Positions 13,348-25,284 of a stretch of DNA of 64,000 nucleotides are shown piece by piece; the stretch's first letter is position 1; every line of letters starts with the position of its first letter. Below the pieces are notes generated by a model that did not search any database, was not told where the DNA came from, and worked only from the letters and a program-made list of their open reading frames with translations. Origin of the DNA: Octopus sinensis (Eukaryota); contig NC_043021.1 in assembly GCF_006345805.1 (NCBI RefSeq), forward strand, positions 19,592,001 through 19,656,000, read 5' to 3'. The position numbers and the translations under genes are program-made.

Positions 13348-13849
13348 GTAAGTCTACCTTGGAGCAATTTAAAAAAAAATTTTTTTTTTGTCCTAACTTG
13401 TTTGTTTCAATCCCAGAATTTGTAATGTTTATACTTTACCAATGGGACCTGTAGAAATTCCACAGAACAAAAAAAAGAAAAGAAAAAAAAAAATTAAGAG
13501 AAGCTATTTAAGAAAGAAAGGACGATTTTTATTTCACTTCCAGTCACAATAATATATCGTATAATTTTAAAACTTCCCTCTGCTAAGCACTCTCTTTCTC
13601 TCTACCACTTCAACAAACTTTTTAACTATGTAATTCCCCTCTTCATGTCTTTCACATTTCTCTCCTTCTCTTCACCTTTCCCTCCTCACCCTACAGCACG
13701 TCATTAACACTTCTCTCTCCCACTATTCTCTCACCGTCTTTTTCTCTTGCTCTTCAACTCTCCCTTCAAATAACCACATGATACATTTGGCCTTAGTGTA
13801 TTATTATACTCCTCTCTTCTTTCTTCTCTACTCATATTTCTCTCCCCTT

Positions 13850-14585
13850 CCTCTCTCTCACTTCACCTCCACCTCTCACTCACTTCACTGCCACCTTTCA
13901 CTTCACCTCCACCTCTCACTTCACCTCCACTTCTCACTTCACCTTCACTTCGCTCACTTCACCTCCACCTCTCACTCACATCACCTCTACCTCTCACTCA
14001 TATGACCTCCACTTCTCACTCACTTCACCTCCACCTCTTGCTCACTTCACCTCCACCTCTCCTCTCTTCACCTCCACCTATCGCTCACTTCACCTCCACC
14101 TCTCACTCATTTCACCTCCACCTCTCGCTCACTTCACCTCTACCTCTCCCTCACTTCACCTCCACCTCTCGCTCACTTCACCTTCACCTCTCGCTCACTT
14201 CACCTCCACCTCTCGCTCACTTCACCTCCACCTCTCGCTCACTTCACCTCCACCTCTCGCTCACTTCACCTCCACCTCTCGCTCACTTCACCTCCACCTC
14301 TCGCTCACTTCACCTCCACCTCTCGCTCACTTCACCTTCACCTCTCGCTCACTTCACCTCCACCTCTCGCTCACTTCACCTCCACCTCTCGCTCACTTCA
14401 CCTCCACCTCTCGCTCACTTCACCTCCACCTCTTCCTCACTTCACCTCCACCTCTTCCTCACTTCACCTCCACCTCTTCCTCACTTCACCTCCACCTCTC
14501 CTCACTTCACCTCCACCTCTCACTCACTTCCCCTCCACCTCTTCCTCACTTCACCTCCACCTCTCACTCACTTCACCCCCACCTC
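13850..14585 (-). repeat. Same 22-bp minisatellite in inverted orientation
   Basis: Unit CTCCACCTCTCGCTCACTTCAC is the exact reverse complement of the 8270-8772 unit. Confidence 0.95.
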
Positions 14586-14949
14586 TTTAACTAAAGTATG
14601 ACAGGTGATCAAACAAGCAGATTATTATATAGATTTTTTTTACTCTGTCAATGTTTCCATTCATTGACCTGTGGCCATGCTGGAGCACAGCTTGGACGTT
14701 TTTGTTTTTTTTTAGTTGACCACATTGACTCCAGTTGTTAATTCTGGTGTGGTCTGGTACTTATTAAATGGCTAAGTTTACCTAAAGGGAAAAAAACTAT
14801 GATGCATTAGGTACTCTACCAATGGCCAAGCACAATGACATGTGGTCATTTGCAAACGAATGCTGGCAAAGTCCTTGTGGTGCCTGGTTTTGACACCAAA
14901 TTGCAGTTGGGCCTGAAAGTAGCTAATGAGGATCTCCCTCTTTCTGCAG

Positions 14950-15136
14950 GTCATAGACAGAGAAAACCAAATGGACAACCCTTGCAGTGGGTGGCTCTCC
15001 GATGCGGCATGGGACAATATCACTGAACTTGACAAGCTGACCAACTTCCACGGTGTGATTACATCCTTTGAACAGTATCCTAGAGACTGGCATATTTGGT
15101 ACATCTCGTCTGAACCAGAACAGGCCTCTCTACCAA
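14950..15136 (+). CDS. DNAH2: DNAH2-like exon 7 (VIDRENQMDNPCSGWLSDAAWDNITELDKL...)
   Basis: cag/gtaggt boundaries, phase 0 to 1. Confidence 0.94.
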
Positions 15137-16784
15137 GTAGGTTGAGAACTTTCTAAATTTTTCAAAAACTGGGTTGGGACAGGGGGAGCTATTATTTTGT
15201 TGTTTTTCTCTGAGTTTTTGTATGTCCGGCCGACCATACTGTAGGGGTAGAGAGATTTGTTTTATCATCATCATCATCATTTTAACCCTTTGGAGATGGA
15301 GCATTGTTTGGAGTTTCAGTGTCAAGAAGACTGAGCCCTTTTCGCAAGCCCTACAGAGGGCATGCACTTAGTTTACAAAAAAAAAATTATCAAAAATGAA
15401 GTAATTACCTTACATATATAAAACTATATGTGTTCTTGTAGGAAATTGAATGAACTCATACAGTCTTCTTCATCATTCGACTCCTCGGCCATTAGATCAG
15501 CCTTTTCATCTCATAAGGGTCAGTGTCCTCTTTTCCAAGTCTGCATAGGTTGGAACAGAGTTTAAAGAGGCAGATTTTCTATGGCTGGATGCCCTTCTTG
15601 TCCCCAACCCTCACCTGTTTCCAATTAAGGTAATATTATTTCCTCATGGCTGGACGTGTTCACACAGAATATAAGAAATGAATCACACTGGTAGGGTGAG
15701 ATTACAGGAAGATTTGGTTTCTATTTCCAGTAGGGTGTGATTAGGAGATTTGGTTTCTATTTCTAGCAGACCAAGAAACTATATACAGACTCCTGCTCCT
15801 TGAAAAGCTATGTTGATAGTCTGCTAGTTTTCCAACCTTTTTTTTTCTTCTTTCAGTAAGATTTGCCAAGAATTCTTTCAGTAAATTTCAAAATATTTCA
15901 CTGATCATATTCCATATTTTCCAATAATTCTTCCAACCATAATTTTTTACCAATAATATAGTTTCTATTTCTAGCAGGCCAAGCAACCACATAGAGACTC
16001 ATGCTTTTCTAAAAGCTGAATACATAGTCTGCTATTTTCCCAAACTTTTTTCTTTCAGTAAGATTTGCCAAGAATTCTTTCAGCAAATTTCGAAATATCT
16101 TTCTGATCATAGGTGCAGGAGTGGCTGTGTGGTAAGTAGCTTGCTTACCAACCACATGGTTCTGGGTTCAGTCCCACTGCTTGGCATCTTGGGCAAGTGT
16201 CTTCTGCTATAGCCTCAGGCCGACCAATGCCTTGTGAGTGGATTTGGTAGACGGAAACTGAAAGAAGCCTGTCGTATATATGTATATATATATATAAGTG
16301 TGTGTGTATATGTTTGTGTGTCTGTGTTTGTCCCCCTAGCATTGCTTGACAACTGATGCTGATGTGTTTACGTCCCCGTCACTTAGCGGTTCGGCAAAGA
16401 GAGACCGATAGAATAAGTACTGGGCTTACAGAGAATAAGTCCCGGGGTTAATTTGCTCGACTAAAGGTGGTGCTCCAGCATGGCCACAGTCAAATGACTG
16501 AAACAAGTAAAAGAGTATATTCTATATTTTCCAATAATTCTTCCAACCATAATTTTTTACCAATAATATAGTTTCTATTTCTAGCAGGCCAAGCAACCAC
16601 ATAGAGACTCATGCTTTTCTAAAAGCTGAATTCATAGTCTGCTATTTTCCCAAACTTTTTTTTTTCAATAAGATTTGCCAAGAATTCTTTCAGCAAATTT
16701 CGAAACATCTTTCTGATCATATTCCATATTTTGCAATAATTCTTCCAATGATTTTTTCCAACGATTGGTGTTGCTCTCTTTTAG

Positions 16785-16990
16785 GTGACTGGGACAATGC
16801 CTGCAATGAACTCCAAAGAATGCTTATAGTCAGGTCTCTCAGACCAGACCGAGTAGCTTTCTGCTCCACTACGTTCATTATTAACAACTTGGGCTCCAAG
16901 TTTGTTGAACCACCTGTCTTGGACATGAACCAGGTGCTCAGCGAATCATCAAAACGGACTCCGTTAATATTTGTTCTCTCTCCAGGAGTA
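16785..16990 (+). CDS. DNAH2: DNAH2-like exon 8 (DWDNACNELQRMLIVRSLRPDRV...FVLSPGV)
   Basis: tag/gtaagt boundaries; AAA6 motif LSPG. Confidence 0.95.
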
Positions 16991-17405
16991 GTAAGTCTTA
17001 CTTTTTATTCTCATCTTGAGGTGGGGGTGGAGTTTTTTTACCTTTTGCTTTTTGCATTAATTCTTTCAGTCGTTTGATTTTTTTTGACCAATCAACAGAC
17101 CAGTTGAGTAAACCAATCAGTAACGAACTTATTTTGACTACTGGAAACTGCTGTAAGTCCAATAGAAAAAAATATGTCATGACCATTATTTATGCTTTGT
17201 TTTATATATATATATATACCGGAGTAAACACACAAATTTGAAACAAGGTGGAAAAAAGAGTACTCAAATACCAGTGGTAGAGTAATATGCTTTATTCAAA
17301 AGCAGCAGAAAATTCAACAAAACTTGTTACTCTGAGTTTCACGTTCCCGTTCGTCGGACAGTTTTTGCTAGAATAAAACCGATATATATCGGTTTTATTC
17401 TAGCA

Positions 17406-17452
17406 AAAACTGTCCGACGAACGGGAACGTGAAACTCAGCGTAACAGGTTTT
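17406..17452 (+). ncRNA. Hammerhead motif, CCGACGA core; mirror copy on - in the left palindrome arm
   Basis: AAAACTGT-CCGACGA-ACG(GGAA)CGT-GAAA-C..G-TA-ACAGGTTTT. Confidence 0.68.
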
Positions 17453-17647
17453 GTTGAATTTTCTGCTGCTTTTGAATAAAGCATATATATATATATATAT
17501 GGGGTTTATCTTTTTAATTACCTGCTGCTGTATACCTTATTCCAAGGACCATACTTACTGAAGTAATTACCAGAAGTGCCTTTGGATACATCTATCCCTT
17601 AGAAGGTTTAAACATCTAACTTATACCTTATATATATATATATATCC

Positions 17648-18044
17648 ACTAGCAGTATCGCCCGGCGTTGCTCGGGTTTGTAAGGGAAATAATTATATAA
17701 GCATTTTTAGAGATGTAAAGTATAATAGCCATCTCAATATGGCTAACCACAAAGGGGGAGGGGTGTTACTGTAGCTTTTTACGTTCTGAGATTTAATAAT
17801 AAATTTTAGAGAGTTACTTCCCTTATATATGTCAAAAATGGATTTAAAAATGGGAAAAATTGATGGTAAATTTTTTTTTAAATCGTAGACTCATCGTAGA
17901 CGCGCGCTAATACCCAGACAGTCTCGATATGAATCACGACTATAAGATACCCGGTTTTGGTTAAACTGCACCGCAAATGTGGGAGTAGTTAGGAATCTAA
18001 ATCGTAGGAGACAGACACACAACCTCACTTTTATATATAAAGAT
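17648..18044 (+). mobile_element. Helentron/DINE-1-like non-autonomous element; inverted copy at 45123-45497
   Basis: ACTAG start, subterminal GCCCGGCGTTGCTCGGG, end TATATAAAGAT; two dispersed copies. Confidence 0.6.
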
Positions 18045-18819
18045 TTCCTCTATTTACATAATATTGAGGTCTCTTTCTTTCTTTTGTTATCTTACTGTTT
18101 TTACCAATATACATATATATATATATATAAATATATATATAGTTACAGAGATGTACTTGCATAGCAAGTGACTTGATCTGAGATCGTGTGCTGGAACGAA
18201 AACAGTTGCAGCGTTGAAGGTGTTTATAAGCCATTTAAGAAACACACAAAAACCGTTAGATTCACTTCAACATTTAAATTTAATTTGTCAAAATATTTTC
18301 GTCGCTTTGAGACCGTGACCTGTTAGCACGATATTTTTGTCAGTGAACAGGTCGCGGTCTCAAAGCGAGGAAAATATTTTGGCAAATTAAATTTAAATGT
18401 TGAAGTGAATCTAACGGTTTTCGTGTGTTTCTTAAATGGCTTACAAACACCTTCCACGCTGCAATATATATATACACACATATATATATGTATGTATGTA
18501 TGTATGTGTGTATATGTGTATGCATGTATGTGTGTGTGTGTGCGTGTCTGTGCTTGTGATTGCCCTCCACCACTGCTTGACAACGAATGTTGGTTTGTTT
18601 ACATCCCTGTCACCTAGTGGTTTGACAAAGGAAACAGATAGAATAAGTACAATGCTTACAAAAATAAAACTGGAGTTGATTCATTAAACTACAATTCTTC
18701 AAGGCATTGCCCCAGCATGGCCACAGACCAATGGCTGGAAAAAGCAGAAGAATAAAAGAATACATTCTCTGCTTTGGTCTTATGTTCAAGGCATGAGAAA
18801 GCTTGAGTTTACATGAGAA

Positions 18820-19110
18820 GGCCTAACAGACCTGGTAGAAACAGCAGCCAAATCTCCCTCAAATCACACCTTACTGTCTTATGTATGTATATATATATGA
18901 GCCAATGAGGGGGACCTCTACATGGTAGCTAGACCTGGTAGAAATAGCAGCCAAATTTCCCCCAAATCACACCTTACTGTCTTATCTATGTATATATGTA
19001 TGTATGAGCCTATGAGGGAGACCCCTACATGGCAACTAGACATGGTAGAAATAGCAGCCAAATCTCCCTCAAATCACACCTTACTGTCTTATGTATGTAT
19101 ATATATATAT
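18820..19110. repeat. Three tandem ~100-bp units (agacctggtagaaatagcagccaaatctccctc...)
   Basis: Read directly. Confidence 0.8.
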
Positions 19111-20717
19111 ATATATATACAAGCCACTACGGTTATTTAATGTAAAGTCTTCCTCAAATCACTCTCGCTATTTACTCTCTTCCAAGAACATTTTCACTCA
19201 CTCTTATTTCTTAGCTTGCCATACATTTTACTCATGTATCTATCAGCGTGATAGACAGAAACAAATATTACATCGCCATCGCATTCTATTGTCTACCTGT
19301 CAACATACTCACAGTGAATTACTTTCATTTTATTCGTTGCACACTGTGTGTGTGCGTGTGGTGTAAACCACATTAAGAAAAGCATTTGACATACACACCA
19401 GAATGTGAGTTTTCTGTAAATTTTGCTTAATTGGAGTTTAAATTTTAAAAACTGGACCTGGCATGACTCGATGCATTCTACTCTTAAAAATGCTAGGTAA
19501 ATTGTAATTGAAGAAATCCTATATTGTAGATTTCTATAACTGACAAAGGGAGGCAGATAAAATCTGCCTTTTATAATAAGAGATATATATCATTGTCATT
19601 TAACACCTGCTTTCCATGCAGTTTGGAAAGTTTGATAGAAGCTGGCCAGGAAGAAGACTGCACCAAACTTCTGTGTCTGTTTTGGCATTGATTTTATGAC
19701 TAGATGCCCTTCCTAACACCAACCACCCTACAGAGTGGACTGAGTGCTTTTTACATGGCACCAGCACAGGTGAGGTCAGTTTTGGCATGGTTTCTACAGC
19801 TGGATGCCCTCCCAAATGCCAATCACTTTACAGTGTGGACTGGAAGGCTTTTTACATCCATGAACCATGTGTGTATGTGATCACGTAACCGACCAGACCA
19901 TCAGATGTTGTTACACATCGCTGGTCACAATGCGTTCGCATTGTTTTAGCCTTCAAATGACGCCACCCTGCTGGCTAAGCGAGCAGGCCAACAGAAGAAA
20001 GAGTGGGAGAAAGAGTGGTGAAAGAGTACAGTAGGGATCACCACCCCCTGCCGGAGCCTCGTGGAGCTTTTAGGTGTTTTCGCTCAATAAACATTCACAA
20101 CGCCCAGTCTGGGAATCGAAACCGCGATCCTGTGACCGCGAGTCCGCTGCCCTAACCACTAGGCCATTGCGCCTCCACATGTGTGTATGTATGTGTATAT
20201 ATATGTATGTATAAATAATACAGTGATTGTTTTTTATCAGGAACAAAATGTTTAATAGGACTGCTATAGAAGTGCTCAATTAAATGAGACAAATATATTA
20301 AACTGTGGTTGCAGAACAAACAAATGTAAGGTCATCCACGTAACATTTCATATCTCAAGCATTTAATCACATAATGCTTTTTCTTAACATATATCTTTTT
20401 ATATATATATCTATATATTTATATATTTCTTTATATTTTATGTATTTATTATTCAAGATGTTGTAATGTTAAAAAATATATATATTTTTTTTTAGTCACT
20501 AAAGTATTAATCATTAACCGCGATGGACTGTATTCACACACTTCTCTTATATTTTTCTTATATGCTTGTACTGATGAGTTGTGTTTCATCTTCCGTGATG
20601 TTATACATGTATATTCTATGTGAAAGAAAAAGCATTATGTGATTAAATATTCGAGATATGAAATGTTACATGGATAACCTTATATTTTTTTGTTCTGCAA
20701 CCAAAGTTTAATATATA

Positions 20718-20753
<36 letters not shown>

Positions 20754-20852
20754 CCGGAGTAAACACATAAATGTGAAACAAGGTGGCAAAAAGAGTACTC
20801 AAATACCAGGGGTAGAGTAATATGCTTTATCTAAAAGCAGCAGAAATTCAGC

Positions 20853-20899
20853 AAAACCTGTTACTCGGAGTTTCACATTCCCGTTCGTCGGACAGTTTT
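20853..20899 (-). ncRNA. Hammerhead motif, CCGACGA core; near-mirror copy on + at 20903-20944
   Basis: Same family as 17406-17452; stem III CT(CCG)AG, GUA triplet; one stem II substitution in this arm. Confidence 0.65.
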
Positions 20900-21233
20900 G
20901 TTTGTCCGACGAACGGGAACGTGAAACTCCGAGTAACAGGTTTTGCTGAATTTCTGCTGCTTTTAGATAAAGTATATATATATACCAGATAATACTCAAT
21001 CACATACTTTATTAAACCACCACATAAGAGACTAGGGTTAAACATAAAAAGGCAGGACAAATCAGTGTACATAAAGGAATGTACATAAAAGAGTAATGTT
21101 GTATAAGTAGAATATATATTAAAAAAAAAGAGAATATAAATATAAGTAAATATAAATATAAGTATAGATTACATCTTATAGCTGTTGCATTTACAACCCC
21201 TATCTCAATTTGTATATATATATATATATGTGC

Positions 21234-21302
<69 letters not shown>

Positions 21303-21303
21303 C

Positions 21304-21377
<74 letters not shown>

Positions 21378-21378
21378 C

Positions 21379-21423
<45 letters not shown>

Positions 21424-21634
21424 CATGTATATATATATATGTGTGTGTGTGCACACACAGCCGTTTTCTATGCTAGCGTGGGTTGGACAGTTTGACAGAA
21501 TCCAGTGGGTCAAAGGCTGATTTTCCATTCCTATAGCTGCACACATGGTCACATGTATGAGTAGCCGACTGACCACCAAACAGTATGCCGGTCATTCATC
21601 TCCAGTGTCTATCTTTTTGTTTTCTCCACACTAG

Positions 21635-21760
21635 GATCCTGCAAATTACTTAATTCAGTTGGCTGAAACGAAAGGAATGGGCGCTCGGTTCCACGCATTA
21701 TCCCTTGGTCAGGGCCAGGCACCAATTGCTACAAGAATGCTGCAAGAAGGTGTTCGGGAG
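21635..21760 (+). CDS. DNAH2: DNAH2-like exon 9 (DPANYLIQLAETKGMGARFHALSLGQGQAPIA...)
   Basis: tag/gtaagg boundaries, 126 bp, SLGQGQ motif; read directly, not in the ORF track. Confidence 0.95.
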
Positions 21761-21808
21761 GTAAGGAAACTTTCTTTTCCAATAATTCCAATAATTGCTC
21801 TCTTTTAG

Positions 21809-22236
21809 GTGACTGGGACAATGCCTGTAATGCTTATAGTCAGGTCTCTCAGATCAGACCTATTTCTTTACTACCCACAAGGGGCTAAACACAGAGGGGA
21901 CAAACAAGGACAGACAAACGGATTAAGTCTATTATTTCGACCCCAGTGCGTAACTGGTACTTATTTAATCGACCCCGAAAGGATGAAAGGCAAAGTCGAC
22001 CTCGGCGGAATTTGAACTCAGAACGTAGAGGCAGACGAAATACCGCAAAGCATTTCGCCCGGCGTGCTAACGTTTCTGCCAGCTCGCCACCTTTCAGACC
22101 AGACCGAGTAGCTTTCTGCTCCACTACGTTCATTATTAACAACTTGGGCTCCAAGTTTGTTGAACCACCTGTCTTGGACATGAACCAGGTGCTCAGCGAA
22201 TCATCAAAACGGACTCCGTTAATATTTGTACTCTCT
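21809..22236 (+). pseudogene. Out-of-order duplicate of exon 8 with a 14-bp deletion and a SINE insertion
   Basis: Near-identical to 16785-16981 including the acceptor ttgctctcttttag; donor missing; SINE 21861-22091 flanked by tcaga(t/c)cagacc. Confidence 0.9.
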
Positions 22237-23046
22237 TGTTGTTATCTGGGAATTCTTTGAGAAAATCTAGGGAAAGAGCAGTCGACTGATTGAAATGGAA
22301 ATTTATTCTGTATTACTGACACTTGGTCGTGTCTGGCAAAGACAATTCTGAAAATGGACAAGTCCACCTAGGCATAAAATGTGTATATCACACAAGTATA
22401 AGAAGAGACAGCTTTGTAAATTGGTGATTAATTACCTTTCAGTGCTCTGTTCAAGTCATTATGGGTTTAGCTTGGAGCAGGTATGAGCTCAGCTTGGCTC
22501 AAATTTCCTCAAATACACAGGTTGATGCTTTAGCATTTAAACCAGCTGAAATATTCAAACCTATTTCTTTATTACCCACAAGGGACTAAACACAGAGGGG
22601 GACAAACAAGGACAGACATAGGTATTAAGTCGATTACATCGACCCCAGTGCGTAACTGGTACTTAATTTATCGACCCTGAATGGATGAAAGGCAAAGTCG
22701 ACCTCGGCGAAATTTGAACTCAGAACGTAACGACAGACGAAATATGGCTAAGCATTTCGCCTGGCGTGCTAACGTTTCTGCCAAACCATTTTGCATCCGC
22801 ACCATCAGATATGGCCTCTCGCACCTACCCAACAATGTCGTTCTTAAAATAAAGAATCACATTATCGAAATCTCGAAGCTATGAAGTAATGCATGATTAG
22901 TTTAAAGCAATGTGAATTAATAAGCATTGCATGCGACAGAATAACCTGAATACTCAGGCGTTGGACCAACCGTAATTGCCCCAAATATTCTCCCTGTTGT
23001 GTGTTAAAACAGATAGATTTGGCCTCTCACATCTACCTTACAATGG

Positions 23047-23417
23047 GATGGAAGCACTCCGTCGGTTGCGACGACGAGGGTTCCGGTTGATCTGAATCAA
23101 CGGAACAGCCTGCTCGTGAAATTAACGTGTAAGTGGCTGAGCACTCCACAGACACGTGTACCCTTAACCTAGTTCTCGGGGATATTCAGCGTGACACAGA
23201 GAGTGACAAGGCCGGCCCTTTGAATTACAGGTACAACAGAAACAGGAAGAAAGAGTGAGAAAAAGTTGTGGTGAAAGAGTACAGCAGGGATCACCACCAT
23301 CCCTGCCGGAGCCTCGTGGAGCTTTAGGTGTTTTCGCTCAATAAACACTCACAACGCCCGGTCTGGGAATCATGACCGCGAGTCCGCTGCCCTTACCACT
23401 GGGCCATTGCGCCTCCA
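23047..23417 (-). mobile_element. SINE family C with tRNA-like head (gtggaggcgcaatggcccagtgg...); second copy ~19870-20177
   Basis: A-box- and B-box-like head on -; shared body in two copies. Confidence 0.75.
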
Positions 23418-23961
23418 CCTTACAATATGTCATTCTAAAAGCAAAATATCACACCATCAAAACCTTGAACTTGCAAAATAACGCTAGATTAATTCAAAAC
23501 AGTGTGAATAAACAAGTATTCAATTTGACAGGATAATCTGAATGCTAAAGGATTAATCTTACCTTATCCAGTCTAAATTTTGCTACATTATTCTATGTTG
23601 AAATTGACCACATCTGGCTTTTCATACCTACCCTACAATGTCATTCTAAAAATAAACATGTTCACATCGTTGAAATTTTGAAGCTATGAACTAATACAGG
23701 ATTAATTCCAAACAATGAGGAATAAATAAGCTTTACATTTGACAGAGGAACCTGAATGCTAAGGGATTAAACCAGCCATATCTGGTCCAAATATTATCCC
23801 TGTTTTATGCTCAAACTGGTCAGACCTGGCCTCTCACACCTATCCTACAATGTCATCCTAAAAATAAACTATCACATAATCAAAATCTCAAAGTTATGAG
23901 GTAATGCTTGATTACATTATTTACATTTGACGGATATTTGTCTCTCATCTTGTTTGTTGTT

Positions 23962-24007
23962 AACACAATGTTTCAGCTGATATATCCACCAGCCTTCATC
24001 AGGTGTC
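23962..24007 (-). ncRNA. Degenerate minimal hammerhead (extra A after core, loop-less helix III)
   Basis: GACAC-CTGATGA-A-GGCTG..CAGCT-GAAA-CATT-GTGTT. Confidence 0.5.
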
Positions 24008-24048
24008 CTGGGGAAATTTCGAACCTGGGTTCTCATTCCTATATGTAA

Positions 24049-24183
24049 GGTTGTCCCAAAAGTTCATAGAAAGTCTTGGAAAATAATGGTCTTTATTTTG
24101 AGGAATAATTTTTGTTGTTTTTGTTAGTACTTGGCGAGTAAAAATTCAATTTTCGCAAGTGTTTACGAACTTTTGGGACAACC
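24049..24183. mobile_element. 135-bp MITE (GGTTGTCCCAAAAGTTC TIR); inverted copy at 41551-41685
   Basis: Terminal inverted repeats; TA on one side of each copy. Confidence 0.82.
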
Positions 24184-24310
24184 TAATATATAACGGATAA
24201 AAATTAACAACAAAATCTTTTGTGATATCCTTAAATCTAGGAACTTTTCATCCACCCCTCGTAATAACATCAGTGGATGTTACTAGCATGTCTGTTATTG
24301 AATGTGACTT

Positions 24311-24355
<45 letters not shown>

Positions 24356-24385
24356 ATGCCCATTTTTTCCCTTTCTTTCTCACAG

Positions 24386-24580
24386 GGCAACTGGGTTTTC
24401 CTGGCCAACTGTCATTTGTCTCTGAGTTGGATGCCCCAACTCGACAAATTGATCGAACAGTTACAAACAGATGTTGTAACCAACACCGAATTCCGTCTTT
24501 GGTTAAGCAGCAGCCCACATCCTGAGTTTCCGATTTCCATCTTGCAGGCTGGCATCAAAATGACAACTGAACCTCCAAAG
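24386..24580 (+). CDS. DNAH2: DNAH2-like exon 10 (GNWVFLANCHLSLSWMPQLDKL...TTEPPK)
   Basis: cag/gtaaaa boundaries; WVFLANCHL and FRLWLSS motifs. Confidence 0.96.
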
Positions 24581-24752
24581 GTAAAAAAACAAAGCTTTAC
24601 TCTTGACCTATGCTTCTCACCCAGGATCCGTACGGCCCCTGGGGATTCGTTTAAGATTTTGTTGTTAATTTTTATCTGCAATAAATTGATAATAGTCCTG
24701 CAATACACAAAATATTTTAAAAAATTTTTTATACAATTTTATCAAAAAAATA

Positions 24753-25145
24753 GGCGCAGGAGTGGCTGTGTGGTAAGTAGCTTGCTAACCAACCACATGG
24801 TTCCAGGTTCAGTCCCACTGCGTGGCATCTTGGGCAAGTGTCTTCTGCTATAGCCCCGGGCCGACCAAAGCCTTGTGAGTGGATTTGGTAGACGGAAACT
24901 GAAAGAAGCCTGTCGTATATATGTATATATATATTAATGTGTTTGTGTGTGTGTGTTTGTCCCCCTAGCATTGCTTGACAACCGATGCTGGTGCGTTTAC
25001 ATCCCCGTCACTTAGCAGTTCGGCAAAAGAGACCGATAGAATAAGTACTGGGCTTACAAAGAATAAGTCCCGGGGTCGATTTGCTCGACTAAAGGCGGTG
25101 CTCCAGCATGGCCACAGTCAAATGACTGAAACAAGTAAAAGAAAA
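24753..25145 (+). mobile_element. SINE family B (ggcgcaggagtggctgtgtggtaag...gactgaaacaagtaaaag), representative copy
   Basis: A/B-box-like head; copies ~316-626, 2598-2965, 7220-7605(-), 9830-10300(-), 16111-16515, 47708-48065, 51517-52105, 53658-54030, 63200-63535(-). Confidence 0.85.
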
Positions 25146-25284
25146 AAAAGAAAAATTCCTGGAAATATTTAATTATAAAAATTGGATGAATTTTTTTTTA
25201 ATCGAAGAAATTCTATATTGTAGAATTGTATAAAAAACAAATGGTTTGGGAGGCAGATAAAATCTGCCTTTTATCATAAGAGAG

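Noticed and set aside
20100-20177. tRNA gene (also 23345-23417 and SINE heads)
   Set aside because: tRNA-like head continues into a SINE body; no complete cloverleaf established
21946-22260. 104-aa ORF ending in dynein sequence
   Set aside because: Chimeric antisense SINE plus pseudo-exon, not an independent gene
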